The notes: a model not told the origin generated them from the sequence alone. Positions 9,288 through 19,705 are shown, numbered from the stretch's first letter. The stretch is 64,000 bases of DNA from Myxococcales bacterium (GCA_047601445.1 JASGJH010000001.1:7040001-7104000), one strand, 5' to 3'. Numbers and translations are program-made.

Positions 9288-11105
9288 GTGCTGGTGTTTG
9301 CGGAGTTCGTCCTCGATCCGAAGTTGTTTCAACTGCGTCTGCGGGGGGAGGTCGTCGCCCTCGAGCCCAAAGTGTTCGATGTGCTGCACTACCTGGTCAG
9401 CCACGCCGATCGAGTGGTGACGCGCCCGGAGCTGATGGCGGCCTTGTGGCCGAACGAGGTGGTCACCGAGGCCGTGCTGCACACCAACGTGAACCTGCTG
9501 CGCAAGGCGCTGGGACAGAAACGCGGTGACCGCTCGCCCATCGAGACGGTTCATGGACGTGGCTATCGGTTTGCCCTAAGCGTGAGCGTCCAGCCCGAGC
9601 GCGCGACTTCGTCCACGGGGTTGCGCTCCATCGCGCCGCTGCTGTCGAGGTCTGCGCCGCCGTCGCGCGAGGGCTCGCAGGAGGAGCTTCAGCTGGCCGA
9701 GCTCGATGCCACGTTCGTGGGACGCACCGCGCAGGTCGAGCGTTTGCTCGCGAGTTTGCGCGCTGCGCGTCGTGGGCAAGGTCAGATCTGCCTGCTGATC
9801 GGGGAAGCCGGCATCGGCAAGACACGTCTGGCTGCTCAGGCTGCGGCGATGGCGCGCGTCCTCGAGGCTGACGTATGGAGCGGTGTGTGCGCCGAGGGCA
9901 TGGGCACGCCCACGTTGTGGATCTGGCAGCAGGTCCTGCGCTGGGTCCTTCATGCCGAGGGACCCGAGGCGGTACGCCAGTGGTTGGGGCCGAGTCGGGG
10001 CGAGGTGGGCACATGGCTGCCGGAACTCGCCGAAGCAGAGGACCGGAGGGAGAGCGTGCGCGGTCAGGAGCAGGCCACCTTCCGCATGCTCGATGCGGTG
10101 CGCAACGTGTTGAGCCAGGCGAGTGCGAAGCGCATGCGCGTGCTGGTGCTGGAGGACATGCACCGCGCGGATCGGGCTTCCTGGAACCTGTTGCGCTTGC
10201 TCGCGCCTCAGCTCGAGCAGTGGTCGGTGCTCGTGATCGCCACCGTACGTGGGCGAGACGACATCACCATGTTCGAGCCGGTGCAAAAGCACATCGGGGA
10301 GCTCGCGCGCATCCCGTGCTGCCAGGCGCTCTACCTGCGCGGCTTCAATGCCGCCGAGAGTAGGGAGTTCCTGGCGCGTGCATCGGGGCAGCCCGTGGGT
10401 GAAGCGGAAGCCGCCCTCTTGCACGCCAAGTCGGAGGGCAACCCACTCTTTCTGCGCGAGCTGTGGGACAGCCTGGGCGACGCGCCGCTGGACCTCATGG
10501 CGCTGGCGAACGCGCCCGGATTCGAGCCCCCCGACGTCGTGCGGCACCTACTGCGAAGGCGCGTGACTCGGCTCGGCGAAGCCGTGCACCGCGTGCTCGA
10601 GGCAGCGGCGGTGTATCCCCATGCCTGGGAGGTGCGTGCGCTCTCTCAGGTCGCGGGCGTACCGCGAGAGCAGGTGCTGAGTGCCGTGGATGCCGCGATG
10701 CAACAGCGCCTGGTAACCCCGCTGCCCGGCGTGGAGACCTATCGGTTCACGCACGATCTCGTCCGCGATACCCTGCGCGCCGATCTCACCACTCAGGCCA
10801 AGAAGCGCTTTCACTTGCTGGCGGCCGCGGCCTGCGAGGAGGACCTACAGTGGCGTGGTCGGGACGGAGTGCGCGAGCTCTCGCATCACCTGTATCAGGC
10901 GCTGCCAGAGGGCAGCGGTGAGCACGCTGCGCGCTGGCTGTTGCGCGCCGGAAAGCTCGCCGAGCAAGCGGACGATCTCCAGGAGGCCACCCAGCTCTAC
11001 GGCATGGCGCGCGACGCGGTGCGCTGTGCCGGGCAACTCGACGGGGCGCTCCAGCGGGAGTTGGAGCAGGCCCTCGAGCGCACCGCTGCCGAGCCTGTGG
11101 GGTAG
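9288..11105 (+). CDS. winged-helix (OmpR/CadC-type) plus AAA ATPase transcriptional regulator
   Basis: IETVHGRGYRF wHTH; FVGR; Walker A GEAGIGKT; LVLEDMH; GNPLFLRE. Confidence 0.88.
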   Translation: MLVFAEFVLDPKLFQLRLRGEVVALEPKVFDVLHYLVSHADRVVTRPELMAALWPNEVVTEAVLHTNVNLLRKALGQKRGDRSPIETVHGRGYRFALSVSVQPERATSSTGLRSIAPLLSRSAPPSREGSQEELQLAELDATFVGRTAQVERLLASLRAARRGQGQICLLIGEAGIGKTRLAAQAAAMARVLEADVWSGVCAEGMGTPTLWIWQQVLRWVLHAEGPEAVRQWLGPSRGEVGTWLPELAEAEDRRESVRGQEQATFRMLDAVRNVLSQASAKRMRVLVLEDMHRADRASWNLLRLLAPQLEQWSVLVIATVRGRDDITMFEPVQKHIGELARIPCCQALYLRGFNAAESREFLARASGQPVGEAEAALLHAKSEGNPLFLRELWDSLGDAPLDLMALANAPGFEPPDVVRHLLRRRVTRLGEAVHRVLEAAAVYPHAWEVRALSQVAGVPREQVLSAVDAAMQQRLVTPLPGVETYRFTHDLVRDTLRADLTTQAKKRFHLLAAAACEEDLQWRGRDGVRELSHHLYQALPEGSGEHAARWLLRAGKLAEQADDLQEATQLYGMARDAVRCAGQLDGALQRELEQALERTAAEPVG

Positions 11106-11177
11106 ACTGAGGGTAGGCCTTCCTGAAGTTCGCAAGCCATTGGGCGCGGGGATCGTGGCGCAGTTCGTCGGCAACAT

Positions 11178-11385
11178 GCTCGTTGACTTCGACGCGGTCG
11201 GAGACGTGGACATTGACCGCGACGGCGGCGGTGTGCGTGGCCGCGCTCGCATCAGGCGCTACAGGTGAGTCATATCGGCACATGAACTTCAGCGATTGCC
11301 TGGAAAGTCAGAGTCTTCCGCTCACGCACGCCGTTGCCGATGGCGGTCAATGTCCAGGTCGCCGACCAAGCCGAGGTCAACGAGC
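11178..11385. repeat. long imperfect inverted repeat (about 62-bp arms), hexamer-periodic hairpin family copy A
   Basis: Arm 11178-11239 is roughly the reverse complement of 11323-11385; shares GCTCACGCA/CGGTGTGCGTG motifs with 49621-49780 and 58087-58262. Confidence 0.75.
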
Positions 11386-11459
11386 GGGTTCCACCGAACC
11401 TCGCGCCCTGAACCCCCTCTCGTGCGGTGATGCCGAGAGGGAGCCCACTGCGCCATGCG

Positions 11460-14156
11460 TCACGGCAAGGTACCGCACTGCACGGCACCCTCGCGGAGTG
11501 AGTGGCCGTCCGTGTCGGAGTCGTCGGCCCAGAAGAAGGGCTTGGTCCCCGCCTGACACTCGGCTTCGCTGGCGATGGCGATGCCTTCGTTGGCCAGGTT
11601 GGTCATCCCCGCGGGCCTCTCGTAGGCCGCGCGCAGCGTGAACTTACCGTAGTCAGGGGAGCTCGCCCCTTCTTCCACCCGCAGGATGGTGGCACGGTTG
11701 CCGCAAGCGTCGTCGCAGTAGGACCAGAGTTGGCCCACTTCACGATCGAAGCTCAAGTCGATGCTCATGGGTTGGCCGCTCGCCATGCTAGCCACACGTT
11801 GGAAGGATCCGCTCACGTGGTCGAGCACGTAGGCGTAGAGGGTGCCCACACTCTCGAGGCCCACCAGGAACACGCCGCCCGCGTGATCAGGGTAGAACGC
11901 CGGATCGTAGGCTGCGCCGCGGCTCTCGTCGCGGAAGCCGTGCGCCACGAGGTACGCGTCTGGCACCCACGCGATGGCCTCCGCGCCTGTGTTGGCGCCC
12001 GAAGGCGGCAGGTCCGCGGTGAGATTCCATTCGTGGGTGGCCGTGAGGATGGTCGCGCTTCCCTCGGTGTCGAACCGCAGGACGCTGATGCGGCTCACGT
12101 CCTTGTTGTCGTTGTCACGCTCGGTCACCACGTAGACTGCGGAGGAAGCCCAGTCTGCTCGCGTCATGCCTTCGGCATCCGGTGAGCCTGCGCCGTTCGG
12201 GTAGACGAGGGTCTTTCCGCCGCCCCAGCCGTCGCTCGGATCGGGACTCCAGCCGGCGCCATCGGACTGCAGTTTCCACAGGACGGAGGGGCCATTCTGC
12301 ACACCCCACAGCGCGCCGGATTGGTTGCCGTTGGCTGGTTCGTAGGAGAGGCCGCTCAGGTTACTCGCGAAGGTCGTGTCGGGGTCCACCACCGCCGTGC
12401 TGCCGGCACCGGCCCAGGGCGAAAATGCGGGGCCCACAGCGCAGTCGTTGGCGCTGCCCTTGGTTGCGCTGGCGGTCGAGCCGAAGCTCCCCGTGCCATC
12501 CGGACAACGCCCGTAGGTGATCGCGGCGTGGCTGGTCCAGGCATAGGTATCGACGAGCCCGCCGCTCGGCGTGAACACGCGCGCCGCATCGGCCGAGCCG
12601 AGACCGAAGCCGAGCTGCGCTTCGTCCACCACCAGGAACGCGCCAGGTTGCAGCACCGCGCCGCTGTTGAGGGCGTAGGTATGGGTGTCGTCATTGTCCC
12701 TGACGATCCAGCCCGAGAGATCGACGGCCCGTTGTCCGGGGTTGTACAGCTCGATCCAGTCGCCGGGCGAGCCGTTGTTGGACTCCACCTCGTTGACGAC
12801 CACCCTGCAATCTGCAGCCGCGGCGGTGCAGGGCGGAGGCGGCGTGCAGTCGTTGGGACCCGACTTGGTGGAGCTCGTGGCGTTGCGGAAGTCCCCTGCA
12901 CCATTCGGGCAGCGCGCGTACGTAACGCCTGCGTGGGCCGTCCAACTATAGCTGTCGACCTCGTCACCCGTGGCATCGTACAGGCGTGCCGAGTCGGCAC
13001 CGCCCAGGCCGAAACCGAGCGCGCTTTCGTCTACGCTGAGGTAGGCATCGGGAGCGAGCACGCTGCCTTGGGGGAGCGCGTAGGCGTGGCTGTCGTCGTT
13101 GTCCTTGAGCACCCAGCCCGAGACGTCGACGGGTCGATCCCCGGCGTTATAGAGCTCGATCCAATCGCCAGGCACCCCGCCGCTGGATTCGACCTCGTTG
13201 ATGAGCACCTGTGCCTCCGAACCGCAGGTCAAGGTGTTGCCTGGCGCGCAGACGCCCGCACCACAGACATCGCCCGCGCTGCACGGGTCACCGTCGTCGC
13301 AGGCGTCGCCGTCGTCCAAGGTCTGGTAAAGGCAGCGCGCATCCTCGTCGCACAGATCGAGGGTGCAGCCATTGCCGTCGTCGCAGAGCGTCGCGTTGCA
13401 GCGACGTACCTCGAGCTCCAGAACCGGAGGCTGGGCGGCTTCCCGCGACTGGAACACGCCGCCGTAGTCGCCGAGCAAGCTGCTGAGCAAGAGCCAGCCT
13501 TCGTTCGCGACCTCACCTGTGAGCATGCGCTGCACGTCGCGGGTGACGTCGAGCTCCACGCTGCCGCGGTCTCCGCGCATCAGAAATGCCAACGCGCTGG
13601 GAAACGGCGTCCAGGGGTTCGGCGGTGAAAAGCCCATCGACCAGGCGGTCTCGCCGCTGCAGTCGGGAGCGCGATTGGATGCGTCGCCGTCCACGGCGCA
13701 GCTGAAGGTGGCCCCGAGCTCCGTCCAGGTCTGCGTCATGCGGTAGACCCCGAGCAGCGAGAAGAACGGCTGGCCCGAGGCAGGCGGCGTGAGGCGCAGC
13801 TTGGCCGACAGGACTTGATCACTCTCGCCCACCGCGGCCTTCAGGGCCGCGTTATCGAAGGCGACCAGCGCGCGCCCGTGGTCGAGCAGCGGACTCGTGC
13901 CCTCGTTCCGATCGGGGGCTCGCTGGTTTATCGACGTGTCCCGGGTCGCGACGAGGTCCACCAATTCGGGTGCTGGCACGCTCGCCAGGGCGGCTGCCGT
14001 ATCGGGGAGGCTGACCACCTCGTCGGATGGGGCTTCTGGATCGGCCGCGCACGCACTCAGCGCTGCGCCCAAGGAGAGCAAGGAGACTCGCACCGTTCGC
14101 ACCGTGTTACTGCGCATGGTTCCCATCGTTTCGTTGGAGGGTGGTGTTCGAGGCAC
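11460..14156 (-). CDS. lipoprotein with DNRLRE-like domain, Cys-rich repeats, two lamin-tail domains and a C-terminal propeller-like domain
   Basis: LSAC lipobox; CDDGNGCT/CDDGDPCS repeats; INEVES..DWIELYN..VDxSGW twice. Confidence 0.8.
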   Translation of the reverse strand: MPRTPPSNETMGTMRSNTVRTVRVSLLSLGAALSACAADPEAPSDEVVSLPDTAAALASVPAPELVDLVATRDTSINQRAPDRNEGTSPLLDHGRALVAFDNAALKAAVGESDQVLSAKLRLTPPASGQPFFSLLGVYRMTQTWTELGATFSCAVDGDASNRAPDCSGETAWSMGFSPPNPWTPFPSALAFLMRGDRGSVELDVTRDVQRMLTGEVANEGWLLLSSLLGDYGGVFQSREAAQPPVLELEVRRCNATLCDDGNGCTLDLCDEDARCLYQTLDDGDACDDGDPCSAGDVCGAGVCAPGNTLTCGSEAQVLINEVESSGGVPGDWIELYNAGDRPVDVSGWVLKDNDDSHAYALPQGSVLAPDAYLSVDESALGFGLGGADSARLYDATGDEVDSYSWTAHAGVTYARCPNGAGDFRNATSSTKSGPNDCTPPPPCTAAAADCRVVVNEVESNNGSPGDWIELYNPGQRAVDLSGWIVRDNDDTHTYALNSGAVLQPGAFLVVDEAQLGFGLGSADAARVFTPSGGLVDTYAWTSHAAITYGRCPDGTGSFGSTASATKGSANDCAVGPAFSPWAGAGSTAVVDPDTTFASNLSGLSYEPANGNQSGALWGVQNGPSVLWKLQSDGAGWSPDPSDGWGGGKTLVYPNGAGSPDAEGMTRADWASSAVYVVTERDNDNKDVSRISVLRFDTEGSATILTATHEWNLTADLPPSGANTGAEAIAWVPDAYLVAHGFRDESRGAAYDPAFYPDHAGGVFLVGLESVGTLYAYVLDHVSGSFQRVASMASGQPMSIDLSFDREVGQLWSYCDDACGNRATILRVEEGASSPDYGKFTLRAAYERPAGMTNLANEGIAIASEAECQAGTKPFFWADDSDTDGHSLREGAVQCGTLP

Positions 14157-14195
14157 GGGAGCGTGGCGCGCACGGCCTGTGCCGCGCGCACCCCC

Positions 14196-15344
14196 TTACC
14201 GGGAGAAGCTGGTGAAGTTCAGAGGGGAGAGGGCGTTCTCGCTCGTCGTGTAGTAGCCAGTGGGTCCGAACGCGACGGACTCTCCCTTGTCTTCCACGGC
14301 GAGCTCCGCGTCGCAGGGCGTCACCGTGTCGAGCGTGTCGGCCACCGACATGCCCGGCGGGCGTGTCCAGTGCGTGGCCGAGTGCAAGCTGCGCACGATG
14401 ATGCGGGAGCCGTCCGCGGACATGTCGGCCGCGGTGATGGCCAAGTCGATGCCGATGCCGCCGTAGACCGTGGTGACCAACTCCAGCGTTCGCAGCGTGG
14501 CGGGCTTGTGGGGCGCGCTCAAGCGATACACCGTGTTGGGTCTGCTGAAGCCGTCCTTGGTGATGACGTAGATATCCTGGTTGGTGTCAACCATCACCGC
14601 CTCGGCGTTGAAGCGACCCGAGGGATACTGCATCGGGAAGTTCTCCACGCCGGTCAGCGGTGCGTTCACGAAGCTCTGGTCCTTGTCGACCACGGGTTCG
14701 GGCGCGCGGTACACGGTGACGCTGTTGCGTGTGCCCGAGTTGTCTCCGATGTCGCCGATGTAGAGGTAGGACTCGCCGGCCATGGGCCCCGGGCCCACCG
14801 CGACGTCTTCGATGTCGACGCCGCCGCCCGTAAAGCTGTAGGTCCCGATCAGGTCTCCGTGTGCGTTGATGGCGTTGACCACGGAGCCGTTGCCGCTGTC
14901 CTCGATTACCCAGAACACGCCGCTGTTCTTCCGGCTTACGGCCATGCCGGACACCTCGGCCAGCGAAGGCGCCGTCAGGTTGCAGATTTTCACCGGGGCC
15001 GCGAAGCCACACTTGGTGAGGTTCGTGGGGTGCTTGGGAATGGGCAGGCTGGGGCCTGCGTCGGCCGCGCTCGCATCGGGAGTCTCGGCATCTTTGGCGG
15101 TGCCGCCGTCGTCATCCTCCGGCCCATCGCCAGCATCGAGCATCGAGTCGGCGTCGTCGTCGCCGGGCTGATCCATGGCGCCATCGGGAGCGGTGACATG
15201 GTCGCCATCTCCCGCGTCGCGCGCGCCACCGAGGTGTCCATCGGCCTCGTGCAACGGAGGTTCGAAGGTCGTGCACGCCGCGACGAGAAACGGCGCGAGG
15301 GTCCGCGTCCAGCGCGACGGATCAGCGCAGCGAAGAGACGACAT
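14196..15344 (-). CDS. lipoprotein with acidic linker and beta-propeller-like domain
   Basis: VAAC lipobox; EVSG, EDSGN, DIEDV, YIGDIGDN, NAEA and GES motifs. Confidence 0.75.
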   Translation of the reverse strand: MSSLRCADPSRWTRTLAPFLVAACTTFEPPLHEADGHLGGARDAGDGDHVTAPDGAMDQPGDDDADSMLDAGDGPEDDDGGTAKDAETPDASAADAGPSLPIPKHPTNLTKCGFAAPVKICNLTAPSLAEVSGMAVSRKNSGVFWVIEDSGNGSVVNAINAHGDLIGTYSFTGGGVDIEDVAVGPGPMAGESYLYIGDIGDNSGTRNSVTVYRAPEPVVDKDQSFVNAPLTGVENFPMQYPSGRFNAEAVMVDTNQDIYVITKDGFSRPNTVYRLSAPHKPATLRTLELVTTVYGGIGIDLAITAADMSADGSRIIVRSLHSATHWTRPPGMSVADTLDTVTPCDAELAVEDKGESVAFGPTGYYTTSENALSPLNFTSFSR

Positions 15345-16119
15345 TGGACTCACCGGCCGTGGGGTTGGTGGGGCACAGAGCGTTCGAACCGTCCGGGATG
15401 CGACCGAGGGCCTCGCCGCCGTAGACACCGTTGTAAGTCACTGCGCAGATCACCTCGAGCTTGTCGTTGAGCAAGTAGATGCGCTCTCCGCCCGCCGAGA
15501 CGCCCCACTCGGCGTGCAGACACGGCGAGGGCGTGCCCGGGATGCAGTTCTGGTACAACAGGCCCGGGTTGGGCTCGGCCTCGGGCGGCAGGTTCGCCCA
15601 CAGATAGAGGAAGCGCTTCGGGTCGAGCACCGTGCCAGCAGGGATCACCGCACCTTCGGCCACGGCCGGCGCACCCGCGCTGTCGTCGGCGATCACGTAG
15701 CCCGAGATGTTCACGGGACTGTCGCCGCGGTTGTAGATCTCGACGAAGTCTTCACCTGATCCGTCGATCTCGTTGATCACGATGTCGGAGTTGGCGCACT
15801 CGTCCATCAAATCGATCATGAGCTGGCAGCTCTTTTCGCCTGCGTCGGGCGCCGGAGTGCTGGCGTCCGTGCCGGCGTCAGGGCTCGACGAAGAAGCGGC
15901 ATCCGATGAGGACGCGTCGGAGGCCGCGTCTTCGCCGGCGTCGCTCTTGACGAGTGGTGGGTTGCCCGCGTCGTCTCCCTGCTGGTGCGAGCCGGAGTCC
16001 GAAGCCTGCAGTGGGCCCTCGCTCTGGATGGGCTCTTCGAACACCGAACACCCGAGGGTGCCGGCACCGAAGACGGTCAACAGGAACAGGCGGGATGGAA
16101 GGGGACGCGACGAGCGCAC
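15322..16119 (-). CDS. lamin-tail-domain lipoprotein
   Basis: LGC lipobox; IVINEI..DFVEIYN..VNISGY..GRIPDG..PTAG. Confidence 0.8.
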   Translation of the reverse strand: MRSSRPLPSRLFLLTVFGAGTLGCSVFEEPIQSEGPLQASDSGSHQQGDDAGNPPLVKSDAGEDAASDASSSDAASSSSPDAGTDASTPAPDAGEKSCQLMIDLMDECANSDIVINEIDGSGEDFVEIYNRGDSPVNISGYVIADDSAGAPAVAEGAVIPAGTVLDPKRFLYLWANLPPEAEPNPGLLYQNCIPGTPSPCLHAEWGVSAGGERIYLLNDKLEVICAVTYNGVYGGEALGRIPDGSNALCPTNPTAGESNVVSSLR

Positions 16120-16120
16120 G

Positions 16121-17761
16121 TTATTCTCCGAGCAAATAGGGATTTTTGTCGAGGGCAGGCTGAGCGCGCGGACTCGGTCGCGGCGCGCTCTCTGGCGCGA
16201 CCACGGGCGCCTGAGCCGCAGCTGGTGGTTCGGGCGCAGGGGTGGCGATCACAGGAGACGCCTTGCGTGGTCTCGGAGGCAGTGCTCTGGGCGAGCGCCG
16301 TGCGGTGCCTGGTTCATCGTCGACGCTCGAGGCGTGCGCGATAGGTTCGGGCGGCGAGGTGCGAGCCTCGTGGCGCCCGCCATCGACGCTTGAAGGCGAC
16401 GTCAGCGGATGCGGTGCGTCGGCCTCGCTCGCTTGGTGTTCGGTGACCACCACGGCGGGCTGCCCGAAGCTCGAGCCAGACGCGCCCTGGGCCATGGCCT
16501 GAGGTGCCGGCTCGCGGGACGTCACCGCGAGCAATGCACCCGCGGCGAGCGCCGTTGCGACCAGCGCGGCCTGCAGGACGGTGCGCGACTCCTTGGCGAA
16601 GGCGACCACCCCGGAGGAGCGTCCGGCAAACCAGCTATTTTCCGTGGTGATCCGTGGGCTCGAGGTGCTGCCGGTGTTGCCGGACTCACCGTGGAACCAC
16701 AGCTTGGGCAGGGACGAGGAGGGTGAGGTTCCGATCAAGCTGCGCTCGGCCTCGGTGACGGTGAGGTCGTCGCTCTTGGGGATATCGAGCAACCTACGGC
16801 GCCGCGCGGCGAGTTCTCCACCGCAGGTGGCCTTGACCCAGGTTGCCACGTCGCCTGGCGAGCCCAACAGTCCCTCGCGCAACGCCACGTCGCGCAGTGC
16901 GTCCGCGAAGGCCTCTGCCGACGCCCAGCGCTCGGCAGGGTCGCGCTGCAACGAGCGCATGATCACCTCGTCCAGCGCCGCCGGTGGCTTGAGGCCCACG
17001 CTGCTCGGGAGCGGGATCTCCGCTCCCAGCAGCGCGTGAACGGTGGCGGCGTCGTTCTCGCCGCGGAACGGGTGCACCCCGGTGAGCGCTGCGTAGAGGG
17101 TCACGCCTGCAGCCCACACATCGACACGCGCATCGACCTGGTCGGGCCCCCGCAGTTGTTCGGGTGACATGAACGCGAGCTTGCCCTTGTGGATGCCCAC
17201 GTCGGTGTCGGTAAAGCGCTGGCGCGCCTTGGCGATGCCGAAGTCGGTCACCCGGCACGCGCCGTCCAGCCCGAGCAGCAGATTGTGGGGCGAGATATCG
17301 CGGTGTACCACGTGCAAGACCTCGTCGTTCACGCCACGCAACGTGTGCACCGCGTGCAGGCCGCGCAGCGCGTCCAGCATGATGGAGACGATGGCCTTTA
17401 CGGGACGCTCGAGCGGACTCGCCTTGATCAGCTGTTGCAGCGAGCAGCCCTCGACGTAGTCCATTACCAGGTAGTACCCGTCGGCGAAGGTGCCGATGTC
17501 CATCACGGGTACGACGTTGGGGTGGTGCAATCGGGAGGCGATGTGGGCCTCGTCGAGCAGCATCATGACCGCGTTATGGTCGTCGTTGAGCTGCTGGTGC
17601 ATGACCTTGATCGCGAAGTAGCGCTCGAAGCCAGCCTGGCCCGTGCGGCGCGCCAGGTAGACCCGCCCCATGCCGCCACGCGCCAGCTCCGCCAGGATGC
17701 GATAGTCGCCGAGCAGGCGTTCCCTCTTCGTTCCCAAGTCGTCTTGACGTCGCTTCGACAT
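16121..17761 (-). CDS. Ser/Thr protein kinase with TM segment and Pro-rich tail
   Basis: RBS ACAGGAG before ATG 17761; GGMGRVY, AIK, HRDISPHN, DFG; C-terminal NPY. Confidence 0.92.
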   Translation of the reverse strand: MSKRRQDDLGTKRERLLGDYRILAELARGGMGRVYLARRTGQAGFERYFAIKVMHQQLNDDHNAVMMLLDEAHIASRLHHPNVVPVMDIGTFADGYYLVMDYVEGCSLQQLIKASPLERPVKAIVSIMLDALRGLHAVHTLRGVNDEVLHVVHRDISPHNLLLGLDGACRVTDFGIAKARQRFTDTDVGIHKGKLAFMSPEQLRGPDQVDARVDVWAAGVTLYAALTGVHPFRGENDAATVHALLGAEIPLPSSVGLKPPAALDEVIMRSLQRDPAERWASAEAFADALRDVALREGLLGSPGDVATWVKATCGGELAARRRRLLDIPKSDDLTVTEAERSLIGTSPSSSLPKLWFHGESGNTGSTSSPRITTENSWFAGRSSGVVAFAKESRTVLQAALVATALAAGALLAVTSREPAPQAMAQGASGSSFGQPAVVVTEHQASEADAPHPLTSPSSVDGGRHEARTSPPEPIAHASSVDDEPGTARRSPRALPPRPRKASPVIATPAPEPPAAAQAPVVAPESAPRPSPRAQPALDKNPYLLGE

Positions 17762-17778
17762 CGTGTGAACTCCTGTGA

Positions 17779-18790
17779 TTAGAACGAGCGAGACCAACCG
17801 AGCAGCGCCCCGCGCTGCACGGGTCCCAGCGAGAATCGCTCTCTTGGGAGGTGCGTGGCTGCGGTCGTCTTGCTGCTTGCGGCGACCGTAATCGGTGAAG
17901 AACGCGAGCGTGGCAGTGGCGACCGCGAGGCCTGCCGTGACCCCGATCAGGGCATCGGTGCGCTTCTCCAGCGAGCGTCCGTTCTCGTAGTCCGCAGCCG
18001 CGGTGGGCGACTTGCGGTCGTAGTCCGCATGGGCGCTCTTCACGTCCAGACCTGACCACACAGTGAGCCCTGCAGCAGCCATCGTGAGCACGGCGGCCGA
18101 ACCCAGGTACCAGGCAGACAGCCGCTTGCGCTCGGGCACGCTCTGGGCGGGCGCGGTCTGTTCCGTCGACGTCGCGTCGGCGACCGCGCTTGGAGCCTCG
18201 AACGAGACCTCGGCCGTGACACCCGCCGCCAATGGCAAGTACTGCGCCGGCGCGTTGCCACCCTCGAAGGTCGCAGAAACATCGCGCGTCCCTGGTCGCG
18301 CGAACAGGATATGCTCCGATGACTGTCGTGACGCCGTCATGCGGCCGTCGATCAGCACGCGACAGTTCTGGCTGCAGCGCACGTGAAGCCGCGCGAGCTC
18401 GCCCTCGTTGGTCCGAAGGATCTCCTCGGCGAGGGTGCGCGAGTTCGGGTCGCCCGGCGCTCGCTCGAGCAGAGCCGCCGCGTGCGTGGCGGCCGTCGCA
18501 TTCATGCCGCCTTTTTGCGCGCTGCGCGCGGCACCGCGCAGCGCCTCGGTGGCCGGCGCAAGCTCGTCCGCCAGGGCGTAAAAGCTGGCCGCTTCCTGGA
18601 AGTCCCCACGTAGCTCGGCTTGTTGAGCCTTGCCGAAGGCCTCGGCGGCGCGGGCCACGTCGCGGGTCTGCGCCACGGCGCGCGCGCCGAGCGCACAATA
18701 GGCGAGGGCACACGAGAGCGCCAGGGTTCTTAGCCAGAGGTGGCCAGGGCCGAGTCGGCGATGCGAGGTCATCGAGAAGTCCTTTTGCAT
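17779..18790 (-). pseudogene. TPR/PEGA-type exported protein, frameshifted near 17840 (real mutation or assembly error)
   Basis: Signal peptide, helical TPR-like region, hydrophobic C-region; shifted frame gives the family-typical end FSLGPVQRGALLGWSRSF* with stop at 17779-17781. Confidence 0.7.
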
Positions 18791-18814
18791 GGGTCCATCG
18801 TGCGAACGCGGTCT

Positions 18815-19705
18815 TCAAGGGCAGGGATCGTTCTCGCCCTTCGGAGTGCCGTAGTTGGTGCGATCACCGTCGACCGTGGTCACCGTGCCGTAGCTCTTGG
18901 TGGAGAAGCACCAGTTGGCGCCGTCGTCGTTCTGGGTGCCATCGAGGGCGCTCGGTGAGAGCTGCAGCGTGTGGCCTTCGGAGGCATCGGGCTTTTCGAG
19001 GAAGCTCAACGCGCTGTAGTCGACCTTGTCGATGATGGTGCCCTTGCAGGCGATCACTGGAGAGTCACCGGAGCCCGACAGGCCAGACTTCGTGCCGTAC
19101 ACGACGTCGCTCACGAAGCCCTGCACCTCAGCCGTGAAGTCGACGCTGCTGAGCGCCAGGTAGGCGTGCGGTGCGATCGTGATGTCGGCGAATGCGTAGT
19201 CGGCGTCACCCACCTTGTCGGAGAAGGTGCAGTCCTTGAGCTGGTAGCTCACCGTGGCGCTAGGGTTGTAGATCTCGACCCACTCGCCGTCGTCGTCTTC
19301 GCCGGTGGCGGTGAACGGCGCCGCCATGAACTCCGTGATGATGATCTGCCCTGCTGCAGAGAGCGGCATGGTGCTCGGTACGGCTGCGTCCGTGCCGCCA
19401 TCGTCGCTCGCCGCATCTTGGTGCGCGCTCGCGTCGCGCTCGTGGCCCGAGTCGTGCTCATGGCCTGCGTCGAGGTCGTGGCCCGCGTCGAGCTCGTCGT
19501 CGACTCCGGCGTCGTCCCCGCTTGGATCGGGGTCGTCGTCCTGGTCGTGGTCTCCCGTCGACGCGTCGTGACCGGGATGGGACGACCCGGAATCGTCCTT
19601 GGGACTGTTGTCGAGGAGCGTTCCCTGGTGGTCTCCGTCGCCGCAGGCCGAGACGAACGCCGTCGCGCCTGTGATCAAGAACACCATGGTAAGACGTTGC
19701 GACAT
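18815..19705 (-). CDS. lamin-tail-domain lipoprotein with Asp/His-rich linker
   Basis: VSAC lipobox; IIITEFMAAP..GEWVEIYN; GTPKGEN. Confidence 0.8.
   Translation of the reverse strand: MSQRLTMVFLITGATAFVSACGDGDHQGTLLDNSPKDDSGSSHPGHDASTGDHDQDDDPDPSGDDAGVDDELDAGHDLDAGHEHDSGHERDASAHQDAASDDGGTDAAVPSTMPLSAAGQIIITEFMAAPFTATGEDDDGEWVEIYNPSATVSYQLKDCTFSDKVGDADYAFADITIAPHAYLALSSVDFTAEVQGFVSDVVYGTKSGLSGSGDSPVIACKGTIIDKVDYSALSFLEKPDASEGHTLQLSPSALDGTQNDDGANWCFSTKSYGTVTTVDGDRTNYGTPKGENDPCP

Noticed and set aside
16121..18790. Genuine TPR/PEGA-kinase fusion protein of 889 aa
   Set aside because: An alternative-frame C-terminus, stop codon and internal RBS indicate two genes joined by a frameshift
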